Assembly (NCBI GenBank): GCA_000092065.1
Contig: CP000593.1
DNA length: 64,000 bases
Direction: 5' to 3' (one strand)
Source of the DNA: Ostreococcus lucimarinus
Lineage: Eukaryota
Below, in pieces: positions 28,694 to 41,000 of the stretch. Below the pieces are notes generated by a model that made no database searches, was not told the DNA's origin, and was given only the letters and a program-made list of their open reading frames with translations. The position numbers and the translations under genes are program-made. Positions within the stretch are counted from its first letter, which is position 1; every line of letters starts with the position of its first letter.

Positions 28694-29731
28694 TTACTTC
28701 CCCAGCGCGGTGACCAAATCGAGCTTGGCCGACGTCTTCTTGGTGAAATTTTCGAGGTGAGTCACGTGCTCAGCGACTTGGTTGGTGATCAAAAAGTTCT
28801 CCAAGCGACTCGGCGGTTGCGGAGCTTTGTAGTTGGGATCTTCTTCCGGAAGCAAGTCCTCCCCTGCGGCGCGTCGACGCGCGTTTTCTTGACGACGCTT
28901 GTGCAACCAGTGGGCGTGTTGCGACTGGTACCGCTGCATGTTGCGCTGGTAATACGCCACACGCTGCTGCTCGTTCGCGAAATCCTCCATGCACTCGCCG
29001 AGCAACTTCATGTTCTCCTCCACGAACGGCGCCGTGCTCAAATCCAATCTCTCGTAATCGGTGTCGTTGAGCGTCACATCCTTGTCTCGCATCAACTCGC
29101 CCATCACCGCCGTGGCGAGCGCGCTATTCCTAATCGTCAGCGGCACCTCCACCACGACATCATTCCACTTCAACCCTTTCTCATGAATCTGTTCCACGGT
29201 CAACTCTCCGTTGCCATTCTTATACGCCTCGATAAACTTTTCACTCAGTTTCAACGCCTTCAACGCGCACACGCCTTGCTCCGCGTACGTCGGATCGTAC
29301 GCCACGCACACGCAGCGCTGCAAGCTCTCGGAGTAGGACAAAAACGTCGCGATGAGTTCCTCGTTATAAAACGTCCCGAGATACGTGCTCTGATACCATC
29401 CAACGATGTTCGAATCCACATTAATCTCTCGCAAGCACCGCATCATGTCGAGTTGATACGCCGCGCCCTCCTCCGCGGCGAACGAGCCGTCCGGATCGTA
29501 CTGATCGTCCGCGGTCACCTTGGGAAACGGAAAGCACGCCGTCACGTCGAGGCTCGCGCCGATATCCAGCCCCAACAGCTGTCCGGTCGCGCTCCCGGGC
29601 GCGGCGTCGGCGCAATGTTTCATGATCTTGAGCGCGGCGCCGCCGTCGAGTTCGACGGCTTTTACCGGCGCCTTGGGCTCTTGCGGCTTCTTAGCGCCGT
29701 CGGACGCGGCCGCTTGGGTGGCAAAGCTCAT
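28694..29731 (-). CDS. eukaryotic translation initiation factor 3 subunit H (eIF3h), MPN domain
   Basis: VELDGGAALKIMKHCADAAPGSATGQLLGLDIGASLDVTACFPFP matches the eIF3h MPN N-terminus. ATG (MSFATQAA) near 29731; the track ORF extends to 29815. Confidence 0.85.
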   Translation of the reverse strand: MSFATQAAASDGAKKPQEPKAPVKAVELDGGAALKIMKHCADAAPGSATGQLLGLDIGASLDVTACFPFPKVTADDQYDPDGSFAAEEGAAYQLDMMRCLREINVDSNIVGWYQSTYLGTFYNEELIATFLSYSESLQRCVCVAYDPTYAEQGVCALKALKLSEKFIEAYKNGNGELTVEQIHEKGLKWNDVVVEVPLTIRNSALATAVMGELMRDKDVTLNDTDYERLDLSTAPFVEENMKLLGECMEDFANEQQRVAYYQRNMQRYQSQHAHWLHKRRQENARRRAAGEDLLPEEDPNYKAPQPPSRLENFLITNQVAEHVTHLENFTKKTSAKLDLVTALGK

Positions 29732-30008
29732 CGTTCGTGCGATTCGTCGAGCGATGCGCGATTGCAGACGACGCGGGCGTCGTTCGACGGCGAGTGACGC
29801 CAGCGTTAGGGTCAAATTACGACGATACCGACGTTAATGTCCAGGGTTAGGACGTCGTCGAGAGCGCGGTTCGGGGACGAAAACGTCTCGCCGCGCGCTC
29901 GTTCGATGGGAAACGCGACGCGATCGAAAGCGCGAGCCTAATGGTGGTGATGTGATGTAATAATGACGCGGCACTAGTATGACAAGGGTGTGAGAGACGC
30001 CATCGAAA

Positions 30009-31273
30009 TCAAAGACGTTCGGCGACGGCGTCGACGAATTGTTCGGTGGTTAAACCAGAGGGGCCGCTCAAATCGCGCGTGCCTTTGCCTTCGCGGAAGA
30101 GTTGGTGAATCACGGCGCGCATTTTAGCGGTAAACGCTAACGTACGCTCTTTGTCGACGTTGTGAACGTCGGCGGCGTGGTTCATGGCGCCGATTAAACC
30201 TTCAACCATGCCGAGAGGATTGAGAGAGGTCTCTTCGCCGCGCAGACGCGCTTCGTCCATGTCGGCGACGGTGCCGTGCGAGGCTTCAAATTCTTTGATA
30301 AGCGTACCGTTTTCATCGACGCCGACCAAGTTACTCGTGATGAAACCCGGGGACTTGTGGATCTGGGCTAACTCATCCGTCAAAACGTCGCCGTCGTAGT
30401 TGTGCGCCGCCATGCCGAATCCGCCTTGGCGCCATTGCACGAGCTTCATCGTCGCCGCGTCGGACAGTAAGTGCACGAGCTCGTCACCGGACTTCATCAC
30501 CCCAGCGTCGACGAACTTGGACTTGTACTCTTCGTCGAAAACTTTCTTCATGATTTGCCAAAACGGCTCTTGCCATTTGAACACCGTCTTCTTCGTCACG
30601 ACGTACGGCGTAATCTTCGCTTCGAGGCATCGACCGAAGAAGAAACGCGCGAGCTCGTGCACGTTATCGTACGGATTGTGGTACGTCACCACCGCCGCTT
30701 CGTTGTCGGTGATCGTGCGCGAATCGACCTCGACAGGTTTCCCCGCGTCTGGGCCTTCGCTCGGCGTAAACGTCGTGACCAAAGTCCCTTTGCCCACATT
30801 CTTGTACCCCGCCGCGTACTCCCCGCCCACGGCGTGTCGCTCGAAGAACACCGGTTTCTTATATCCCAATTCCACGCCATCGATGTGAATGGTGTCTCGA
30901 GAAATGGTAATCCCGTTCCATCCGCGTCGCATCGCGCCGTTCGGCGACCCCCAGCTCTTTCGCAACCCCAATCGTTTCACTTGATCCGCCGTCGGCGTCA
31001 CCGTCGGTTCCTTAAATATCGCCTTCACCGCCTTCCCGGCCTCGATCACGTCTCGCAGCACCTGATCTTCGGTATCGTCTCGATTCTTCGCTCGCAAATC
31101 AAACTCTCGCCACGCCGTCGTGTCCACGCGCGGCTCGATCCACTTCGCGCGAATCAAATCCATGACGTACGCCGTCATCTCCTCTCCCCGCACGTACACC
31201 ATCGGCGCCGCCGTGATCTTCGACGCGTTCGCGCTCATCATCCGTCGCGCGCTCGCGCTCGCGCGCGTCGTCC

Positions 31274-31304
<31 letters not shown>

Positions 31305-31325
31305 GATCGTTTTCGCCATCGCCAT
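30009..31325 (-). CDS. NADP-dependent isocitrate dehydrogenase with N-terminal presequence
   Basis: About 400 aa, near-identical to eukaryotic IDH1/2 (KNRDDTEDQVLRDVIEAGK…, SPNGAMRRGWNGITISRDTIH…). Presequence MAMAKTIAAATTTTTTTRTTRASASARRM. The remaining 5-prime ~950 nt of track ORF 30009..32276 is rejected. Confidence 0.95.
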
Positions 31326-31898
31326 TCTTTCGCCTCGCGCGTGCGTCTGCGTCGTCATCGCGCGTCTCGACGCCCGCGCGATCGCTCGCGCGACGTCACC
31401 GCGCATCGCTCGCGTCGCGCGTCGCTCGCGTCGCGCTCTCGCGCGCCGCGCGCGTCGGTCGTCGCGGGTAACCGAAAACACCCGCGTGTGTGGGGGCTCG
31501 GTCAAGCCCACACGGACCAATACGACCCCGCGCGCGCGCGACGACGCGCCGCCCGCAGACGCGCGCGCGAGGACGTCGCGCGAGCGCGGCGACGAATCGA
31601 CGAGGGTTCGAGAGCGAACGTCGCGCGCGACGCGTGGACGCGCGGACGTCTGGACGCGCGCGCACGGCGTGAACGGTCGAGATTGAGGCGGCGGCACGAA
31701 CGACCGACGACGACGACGACGACGACGACGACGGCGCGGGACGCGAACGCGAGCGCGCGCGATGCGAGGGACGGCGTCGACGACGCGGGATTCCGCGGCG
31801 TGGACGGACGACGATGATGGACGCGGGAGCGATGCGAGACGGGATGCGGTGCGTGCGAGCGCGAGGAAGGGTGGACGCGCGCGCCGAGAGACGACATC

Positions 31899-31978
31899 GA
31901 CGAGACGAGACGAGACGAGACGAGACGAGGGTGGAGACGAGACGAGACGAGGCGAGGGTGGAAACGAGGGTGGAGACG
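31899..31978. repeat. (GAGAC)n pentanucleotide microsatellite, degenerating into GGTGGAGACGAG-type units
   Basis: Read directly: gacgagacgagacgagacgagacgagacgagg gtggagacgagacgagacgaggcgagggtggaaacgagggtggagacgag. Lies 50-130 bp upstream of the HUWE1-like ORF. Confidence 0.8.
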
Positions 31979-32031
31979 AGTTTGTATGACTGACGATACG
32001 GTGGTTTCGAACGAGGCAGAGCCCGGCGGTT

Positions 32032-35000
32032 GTGGCGGTGGCGGAAGAGTTGCTCGCGTGCTCGCTGCCCGGTGGGGTGACGACGCGCGCGAGATTTGAG
32101 TGGAGGTACGGGAAGTGCGAGGAACGACACTGGGGCGACGTGTTCGCTCGATTCGCGGAGTACTTGACGCGCGAGGGTGTGCGCGCGATCGAAAATCGAT
32201 GGATTCGCGATCGCGGCGACGATGCGTCGGAGCGAATCGAGGCGTTTGCGGCGGTGAATTGGATCATGGAGTTCATGCGAGAGATTGTAGAAAATTGCGG
32301 CGAATTGCCGTCGTTTGCGCACGGCGAGGCTACGGCGTTGTTTTTGGAGTTCTTTGAAACGTGCGAGAGCGCGTTGCGGTTATTAGCGGCGGCGACGAGG
32401 CGATCCGTGGTTGGGCGAACGCCGCGTAACGCGTACTTTTCGTCGGACGTGTTTCAGCGGAGAGTGCGATTCATGCTTTCGAAGATTCACGCGCACATGC
32501 CGTTGAGCGCGGCGCACTTGAACGACGCCGACGAGAACGAGTCGAAAGCCTGTGAAGTCGTTGCGCACGAGTTATTCGTTGCCGAAGACCGCGAAGAGGG
32601 AAGTGGTCCGTTAGATTGCACGCGATACGAGTTTACAGTCGACACGACGTCGAGTGGTAGCGATGAAATAGTCTTCAAGGCGTCTGGCCGACGGGGGCTC
32701 GACCCGTCCGAGATGCACCGGCCGTATAATCGCGCCTCGAGCCTTGAGTGCTTAATCGATGACTTTTCACGACCTCAAATGTTCGATCCGGGCAAAGAAA
32801 TGGACTCTCTCAAAGACATCTCCGCGGCGTATTTTGGTGTGTTGGCACAGTTGTGGAGCAAATCGCTGCAAAGGACGCGGGCGGGTCGCGAGAAGGCGGC
32901 GCGTCTTTCGATCCTCGCGCAGCAAATCAACGTCCATCTAGGGAAAGGGGCGGAACCGAGCGATTTCGAGCTTTACGTTGAAGACGCGCAGACGACCGCA
33001 ATCAAGCTGTTGGACTTGATGCAGGTAGATTTAGGAGTCACGCCGTCGTTGCTCCTACGACGAGACGCGACAACTTTGCTGAGCGCGTACACAAACGAAC
33101 GCGCGAGCGGCTTTCAAGTTTGTCAAATCATGAGACGGCCAGCCGGTCGAGGAGCGCTTAGTCAATGCGTATCAACGATGACGGCGGCGTTGCTTGCGCC
33201 GCTGTCATCAAGTGATGCGGAAATCGATTTCGACGTCGTTCGCGACGCGAGGTGTTTGATGCATCTTGTCGGGATTTTGAGCACAACAACGCCTGGGTGC
33301 ACGGCGATAAGAGAGGCTGAGCTCCTTCCGCTTTTGATGTCAATTTTCAAGCTGGAGCGCCTCGAAGCGATCCCGGTGGTCGTGGACGTGGTGCATATCG
33401 TGGAATCGTATCTGGAGTTTCAACCCAACGCGGTCGTAGCGTTTAGAGAGTTGAACGGAACGGATTTGCTTTTGAAGCGCATGCGATACGAGTCCGTTAC
33501 GGCGATCGAGGAGCTGCGGGCGTCGGGACATCTCGATGACGTGGCGGATAGAAAACGAAAAATAGATAGTCTTTCTAGTTTAGAGGACGCCGAAACATCG
33601 CTCGCAGCGATGAAAAAGGCACCAAAGTACGTGAACTTTTATCGAAGAGTTTTGATCAAGGTTCTGATGCGAACATTGGCGTACACGAGTTTTGCGTACG
33701 GAGGAGCACGCATGCGAGTTCCCGGACTTTCGGATGGGACGTTGACTGATATCTTGGGAAGTGTATTGAAATACCCTCTCAAGTTTGGTCCTGGGGTGTC
33801 GTCGCTCACCGCGAATTTAGTGTGCGACGTCATTCATAACGAGCCGACGTGTTACGCCACGCTAGACGAAGCCGGTATTGTGGACGCATTCCTGAAGTTT
33901 ATCACTGAAACCATGTGGCCACTCGGCCGTAGTAAGGGTATGGCTAAAGTACTTTGCGCGATACCGACGACACTTAACGCGATATGTTTGAACGAGAAAG
34001 GGCAGGAAAAAGTGTTGAAGTCTTCGGCGTTGGTCTGCTTTCGAAAAATGTTTCAAGATAGTTCTTTCCCGTTGAACGCCGATACGTCGAGAATCGTCGG
34101 AACTGGGATCAACGAGACGCTGCGCCACATTCCAGCACTAAAAGACGTCAGTGTCGAAGTCTTGAACGACATATTGTCCGATCTCACGATACAACTTCGA
34201 AAGATATCAGATTCGGAGACGAATCTTGAGCACGCGTTCGTCAACAAGGCAGTCGTCGAGCAAATGCCAATATCGAAAACGCTTCAAAATGTGGCGAGGT
34301 TCATGGATGGTATTTTGCAGACTTCGCATATGTGCGCGCCGCTGGTTCAAGCTGGGGCTCTGGATTCCATGCTCAATATGTTGACATGCCCTCTTCCGGT
34401 TGAATTTTCGACATGTGCAAGCTACAACTCCATCAGTGTCGCGTGCAAATCGCTCATTAACCCGCCGGATCCCAGCAACTCGTATGCCGGCGCGAACACG
34501 CCGAATCTGTCAGACGACGTGATTCTCGCGTGCACTACCGTCGTTGAAAAGTATATGGCCTCTGCTGTTGATATCGGTGTGCAGATTGAAGAGTTTTACG
34601 TCCACGAGCTCGACAAGACAGGTGATGACATCGATAAATTAGCGACGTACGATATTTACAGCAAGACATTGAGCGAAAAGCACAAAGGTGACAAAGCAGC
34701 GTTGGACCGCGAAGTTCGGTTCTGTCGACAGACAAAATCACTGTGCCAGCGCATGGCTGCGCACGAAAGGTTGTGTGAACTTCTCGCGACTCTCGTGCAG
34801 CAAGTTCCGGTGATGTCTGCTGCTATCATGAATAAGCGACGTGACGATCCTCACGGCCCGATGATGGCCGAAAGCTTGTTCAACGCAGCGTTGGCGGCGT
34901 TCAATGAAGCGGTAAAGATTGAAGCGAAGCTTCGTTCACTCGCAGTGGAAATTCAAGCGGATGAAATGCCGTATTCACCGGTTTGGTGGCTGTACACTCG

Positions 35001-38000
35001 AGCGGATCTTTTTGTACGAGTTACAAGTGGTTTGTTTGCCGCGGTGGCAAAACTTTCGACAACGATGCGGCGACGTAAAGACTTGGGTCCAGAAGCTCAA
35101 AATTTCATCAAGCTTAGCGGAGAAGCAATAATTGCAGTTGCGCGCGAGATGACCAAAGCGTTTACGTCTCGTGTCACCGCACAGGCTGAGCTACTTCCGC
35201 CGAGTCACGCATCGAATGCTAAGATGGATTTTGAACAGCGCTGCTCGCACAATTTCCTTGCGTTGATTTACGAATCATTCTTCGATGACAAGAGAAATTC
35301 ACCGAACGGGGTCATGATCAACTACGCCGCTCGATGTGGGTTATTCGAGCAACTTTACACCCATTTTCAAGGCACGGTGGCTCTGACACAGAGTATATTA
35401 GAAACGTGCACCGGGGAAAAGGCTGAGCAAGGACATGTCGCAGCGGAATGTTACAGGACGTTGAGCTGCTTTGTGCGCATTTTCGTCTCTATATCCGACG
35501 TCAAATTGATGGCATCGAACAACTCGAATAAGCTCGCGCTTGGTACACGTCTTCCCGAACGCGTAGAAGATGATCCTATCTACGACAAGATGACAAAGTA
35601 CACACATATTTCTGACGCGTTCACTAACTCAAGATCTGCCATGGACTGGATTCATTGCTCTCTAAATGAAGCGTTGAAGTGTATTTGGCGGCCAGAAACG
35701 GACATTTTTGCGTCCGTAGCGGCAGGTCATGTGGATTCCGACGCACTAGTGCAGTGTCTACTCAACATCATTAGTGGAACCGAACAAGCCGTCATGTCCG
35801 AGCAACGTCGTGCCGCGTCGGTACCGCGTGCTCCACCGCGCCCGCCGCCACGGCAGTTTGTTCCATCAGAGACGATGATAGATTCCATCGTTGAGATGGG
35901 ATTCAGCAGAGGTCACGCGCATCACGCACTCGCAGCTGTGAATGGACAGAGTGTGGAGAGAGCGCTCGAGTACATGCTAACTCGACCAATGGAAGATGTG
36001 CCCGACGAAGCACCGACGGCGCCTTCAGAACCTGCACCGTCAGAGTCTACTGCGCTAGAGGAGACGGCGGACGCTATGGAAACAGCTCCTGTTGCTTTCA
36101 ATCACACGCACGCAGTCCAAGGTCGACTGCCTGCCATAAACGAGCTAGTTGCCGCGCTGTACGCCAATTTCCACATCAGTGCAGAGAAAGGTGCGACGCT
36201 TTTGCTCAAGGTTATTGAGAAACATGAGCTCATGAGCGGCCTCAGTCGTGATGAGTGCATATACGCTCTCACGGACGAAGTCGTGCGCACGCGTACGCCG
36301 AAGATCGGTAGAGATGAGGTGTATGCGATCAAGCACTATGCGTTCGTTGAGGCGCTCGCTAGGCAAGGTGATGAAGTGTTAAGAAGAGCGCTATGGATAA
36401 AGGGTTCGGTAATTGATTCACAAGTCGAAACATTTATCGCCGAGGTCGACAAAATCTGCGCTGCACAAAAGACGGCCTCATTGGAGACGTTTTTAAAAGA
36501 TGTGCCGTTGTCGTTTGTGCCTTTGGCAAACTGCATCAATGCTGCGGCATGCCTGCAAAAGCATCGTGACTCCGACGCCAGTGCCAGAAATTACTCCAAG
36601 TTCGGTTTTCTGAACGACGGTCATAAGATTGCGTTGGCCGATGCGTGCGTCGAGTGCTTGATAGCAATCGTTAAAAATTCAGGCGAACTCGCGAGTGATT
36701 ATGAATCGCACTCCGTCCAAGCCGTGATTCTTGATCTGCTAGCAAATCTATCACGTGACAACGTGATTGCGGATCGCATCGCTTCGAATTCATTCGCCGA
36801 CAGCAAGGATGGAGCCGCAATATCTAAGAGAAGTTTTGCACACACGCTCTTTACATGCTTTTGGAACAACACCAACGACAGTGTTTCGGTCATTTTGAGG
36901 CACATGGTGAACGATCCCCGGACATTACAATTCGCCATGGAGCTTGAAATTGTCAAGAGCATCACCAAGCCTCCGATGGGTAGAGACTCCAAGGTTGCAC
37001 TCAAGACATTCTGCGTCGCCATGAAAAATATAATTGAGCGAGATTTTGATTGCTTTGAAGCGGCATTCGCAAACGTCGCCGAAATCAGAACTATGGCGGA
37101 TACACCGCTGAGTACACCTCGGGAGTACGTCATCCCGACGGCTGAAGTGAAAGCAATGCAGTCGCTTCCAACCGTTCGATTGACAAAGAACTTAAGAATG
37201 GTCGTGGAAGTACTTGTTGCAGTAGCGACAGAGCCGATTCATCAAGCCCCATTGACGAAGCTCGAGCGACAAGCCGCAGCTTTCCGTCTGCTCACCGAAT
37301 TGGTTGAGGTATATCCATCAAGTGTGAAGGCTTTGATGGATATGGACGACCAGACTGACATTTTCCGCAACATTCTTCGTTATCAACTGCCGTCGAGCAG
37401 AAGAAGTTCCTCAAGTGAACAGACGGGAGTTTGGTGCGGGTGCGAAAACGCGGCGTTCTTCCTCGCAACTTTATGCGTCAACAGCCAAAAAGCGCGAACG
37501 AAAATAATTGAGAAAATGCTTGTGCTTCTGAAGGAGCCGGACTTAACGCAAGAAACAGCTTCAACTTGCGCCGATAAAGGTGATTCTCTAGTTCCAAAGC
37601 ACGCATTTGTGGATTTATTGCACTCTCTTATGGATTACGGTTTGGCGCGTGGCTATCAGAGCGGTGAACGCATTCGCAATCGGGTAGTCTTTAATCTCCA
37701 ACAAGGAGTTCTTAAGACGATGTACAGTCTAAAAGTCCCAGAGCGGATCATTGAACTCATTGAAGAGACAAACGTCGTTGGCGCTGCGCGCGAAAAACGT
37801 GGCAATCCAGGATTTCTTCGAGTAACGCTCGCAGTACTCGAAGCTCTAGTTGTTCGATCTACTAAGAGCAAACGCGAAAGCAGGCTTACTCGCATCGGTA
37901 ACATGGTTCGTGCGGTAAACGCTGCACGGGTACCCAGCGGTGAGGAAGTTGAAGAGAGACGCGCACTAACCGAGCAGATGCTCCAGAATTTGCTTGAACA

Positions 38001-41000
38001 CGCTGCAGGAGGAAACATTCAAGTCGCTCGACTCGAAGATGACCTCGACGGAATGCCAGAAATCGAAGGTGTTCATCCTGTATTCGGAGGAGACGATGGC
38101 GATGCCGACGGCATCGATGCAAATGATGGTCACGAGAACTCGGACGATGATTCTGAGATGGAGGTTGACGACGACCACGACCACGATTCCGATGAAGCCA
38201 ACGAAGAAGGAATGCACGAATCCTCAGACGAAGAACAATTGAGCGAATCGGGCGAATCAGGTGAATCAAGTGGAACGAGCGACTCAAGCGAAGAGGACTC
38301 TGAAGAGGAAGAAGAAGAAGATGATGAAGAAGGCGAAGAAGCCATGGCAGATGACTTTTACGGAAGCGACATGGATCACATCGATCCTGATCCTGGAAAC
38401 GATGTCTTGGAAATGTCTGACGATGCTTTGTATGACGAAGATGGTGAGGAGTTCGATTATGATGATGGCGGTGGTTCCGATGATGACGATGACGACGATG
38501 AAGAGGAAGGCGATTTTGAAGAACCTAGCTCGCCACAGTCATCATATACGTCGCCGTCTGGGGTACGCGTGCTGCCTCGCGCTACACATTCAGGCAGTCA
38601 TGTTGAACGCACATCCAATCTTGGTTCGAGGGATCACATTTCTGTCTCGAGAGCCCAGGTTGAAGCATGGTTCGCCACAGATTACTCTAGCGTCATGTCA
38701 GGTGCCGATCCGAGAGTCGAGGCACAGACAGTTGGCGAACTGCAGATTGCAGGAGGGCAACGAGCACAAGTTTCCACAGAGGACGAAAGACAGCAGACAC
38801 TCAGCGAATCTCGTTCTGAGGGACAACTACGGGGACATAATCGCGAGCACTCTCCTCGTTCTTCTTCTGTGAATGCTTCCGAACTCTTCAATCGTAGAGA
38901 TGTGCCTTTTACTTCGTCTCTTCGTGAACAAACACAAAGAATTGCACGCGCGACCCTGGGTGACCCTTCACTTCTTGCGAGAGGAAATCCTCCGGTGCAT
39001 GGCAGTCCCTGGCACACGTGGTCGCAATCCGAAACGGGCGTTCCGCCTGCGTTGAACCACGAAGGCATTAACGTGCAAAGAGTCGGCACGAGTTTAAATA
39101 TCACTCTCTCGACACCCATGGATTTTAGTTCGAGATCTCGCTCGTTGCACGACGTGCTCAATTCTATCAGCGGGGAAATGGCTCGCTTGGCCGTTCGTCC
39201 ATCGCATTTAGAAATTTTGGATCCTTTATCGTCGGCAAAAGCAATCCTGTGGCTCGGGGATGGATCCTTTCAGGCAACAGCACCGGCTGAATTCAGCGTT
39301 CGGAATCAAACAATTTGGAGCCTTGATGGAAGGAATGCCCGAGCAAGTTTCTGGTCAAACGCAGTGTGCATGAGTATCGGCGAGTCTTTGGCGACTTCTG
39401 GTACTTTTTTGTCCCATTTGGACACCGCGGAACTCGCGACATCGTCATTGGTTTCCAGTGAGCGAGACAAGGAAAACGTCAACGGAAATCTGGCAGAAAT
39501 CGTGGACGAATCGCCCGAAGAGCGGACAGCGCGACAACGCCGAGAAGCGGCGGCACTGGACATAAGCGCAAATGAGCTCTCCATGGTTACAGAAGATTTA
39601 CGAGATGGATTTTTGAATGCGAATAGACTAGTTGCCCGTGCGCGCGAGCAAGCACCGGAAGCTGCTAGCGACCTCAACTTGATCGGCGCTGAGTTTCTTA
39701 GCGCCATGCCAGCCGATATTCAGCGCGAGTTGATACAACGCACTACCTCCGGAGCAAACAGATTGTTGACGAGGATTCAGCATACCGAAGCCAGTCCTTC
39801 GGTATCCGCGCCTCGGCCTCGTGCAAATAGCCCAACAACTACAGTGATAGACACTGCGCCGTTGGAGATTGGAAATATGATGTTTGGTGAAGGCTGGGAT
39901 GGCCGTCTAGACCGTCACGAGCAAATGTCATGGAATGACATCGAGCGAATCCGTCAGTCGTCAACGCGCGACGCAGTCGCTCCAGAAGATTTCAAGCCGT
40001 TAAAAGTGAACGTCGAATTGCGCCATCAGCATATTCGAACGTTGTTGCTTTTGTTCTTTGTTCAGACTATCGACTTAAAGGATACTGTGAACAAAATATG
40101 TGTAAACTTGTGCGTGGTGGACCAAAACCGCGAGTCAATTTTGCGCCAGATTATCGAAACTGTGATCATGAACACGATGGATCGTGCTGATCCTCGTTTC
40201 ATCGAGTCCACTTTGAGTTCTCCTAACGCCAAGGGTCTTGAGCCAAGCGCGGCGATGGAAGTAGCCATGGCGCGCTCGCTGTGCGCGAATCTGAGCGAGC
40301 GTAACGGAGCACGCAAGGAGATGGTGACGAGACGACTTTTGACGCTTCTGTCGCAACTCATTAGTCGAAACAGGCACGTACATGGGACATATCGCGTTCG
40401 TGGCGTTAATTTGACGTGCGTGAAACTTTTCTTTGCGAAGGATGAGGACGCAAGTATGGTAAACTTTCTCACAAATCAGAAGGAGAATGGCGAAGCTGTG
40501 TTGCGATCTGACGCTGGCGTGAGCACCGTGGATATACCACTCCTTTCTTTCCTGGTCGGACTTCTCGCACACGCATCGCAATTTCATGACCAAAAGAATA
40601 TTGAGCTGTGCGCGACGTGCACTGACGCTTACCTCACAAAGTTTCTTGCGGCTACGCCCAAACCCAACATCGGGCCCAAAGGCTTGTCAACCGCCGCCAC
40701 CCCTGAACTTTTGGCGAGTATAGCAAGCTTTCTCAAGGTTCCATATCTCGCCCCGAGTGCGTACGAGAAAATCAACACTATACTACAAAAAGTTTTAGGC
40801 GACTTCTTTGAAGAGGGATGCGACGCAGTCATACTGAATCGATTCCATGCCGATGCCCTGCAGTGCTCGGTTGAAGCCATCGCGTGCTTGTCGAAGGCGT
40901 CGTCGATCAAGTACAGACCAAATGTCGATGAACCATCCGCACGACACGTTGAGTACGCCGACTCGCGTCAATCCCTGAAAACGCATATTCCTTATTTGCG

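Noticed and set aside
31400-32276. Upstream 950 nt of track ORF 30009..32276 appended to isocitrate dehydrogenase
   Set aside because: IDH homology and presequence end at the ATG near 31325. Upstream translation is Arg/Pro/Ser low-complexity across the (GAGAC)n and (ACG)n repeats.
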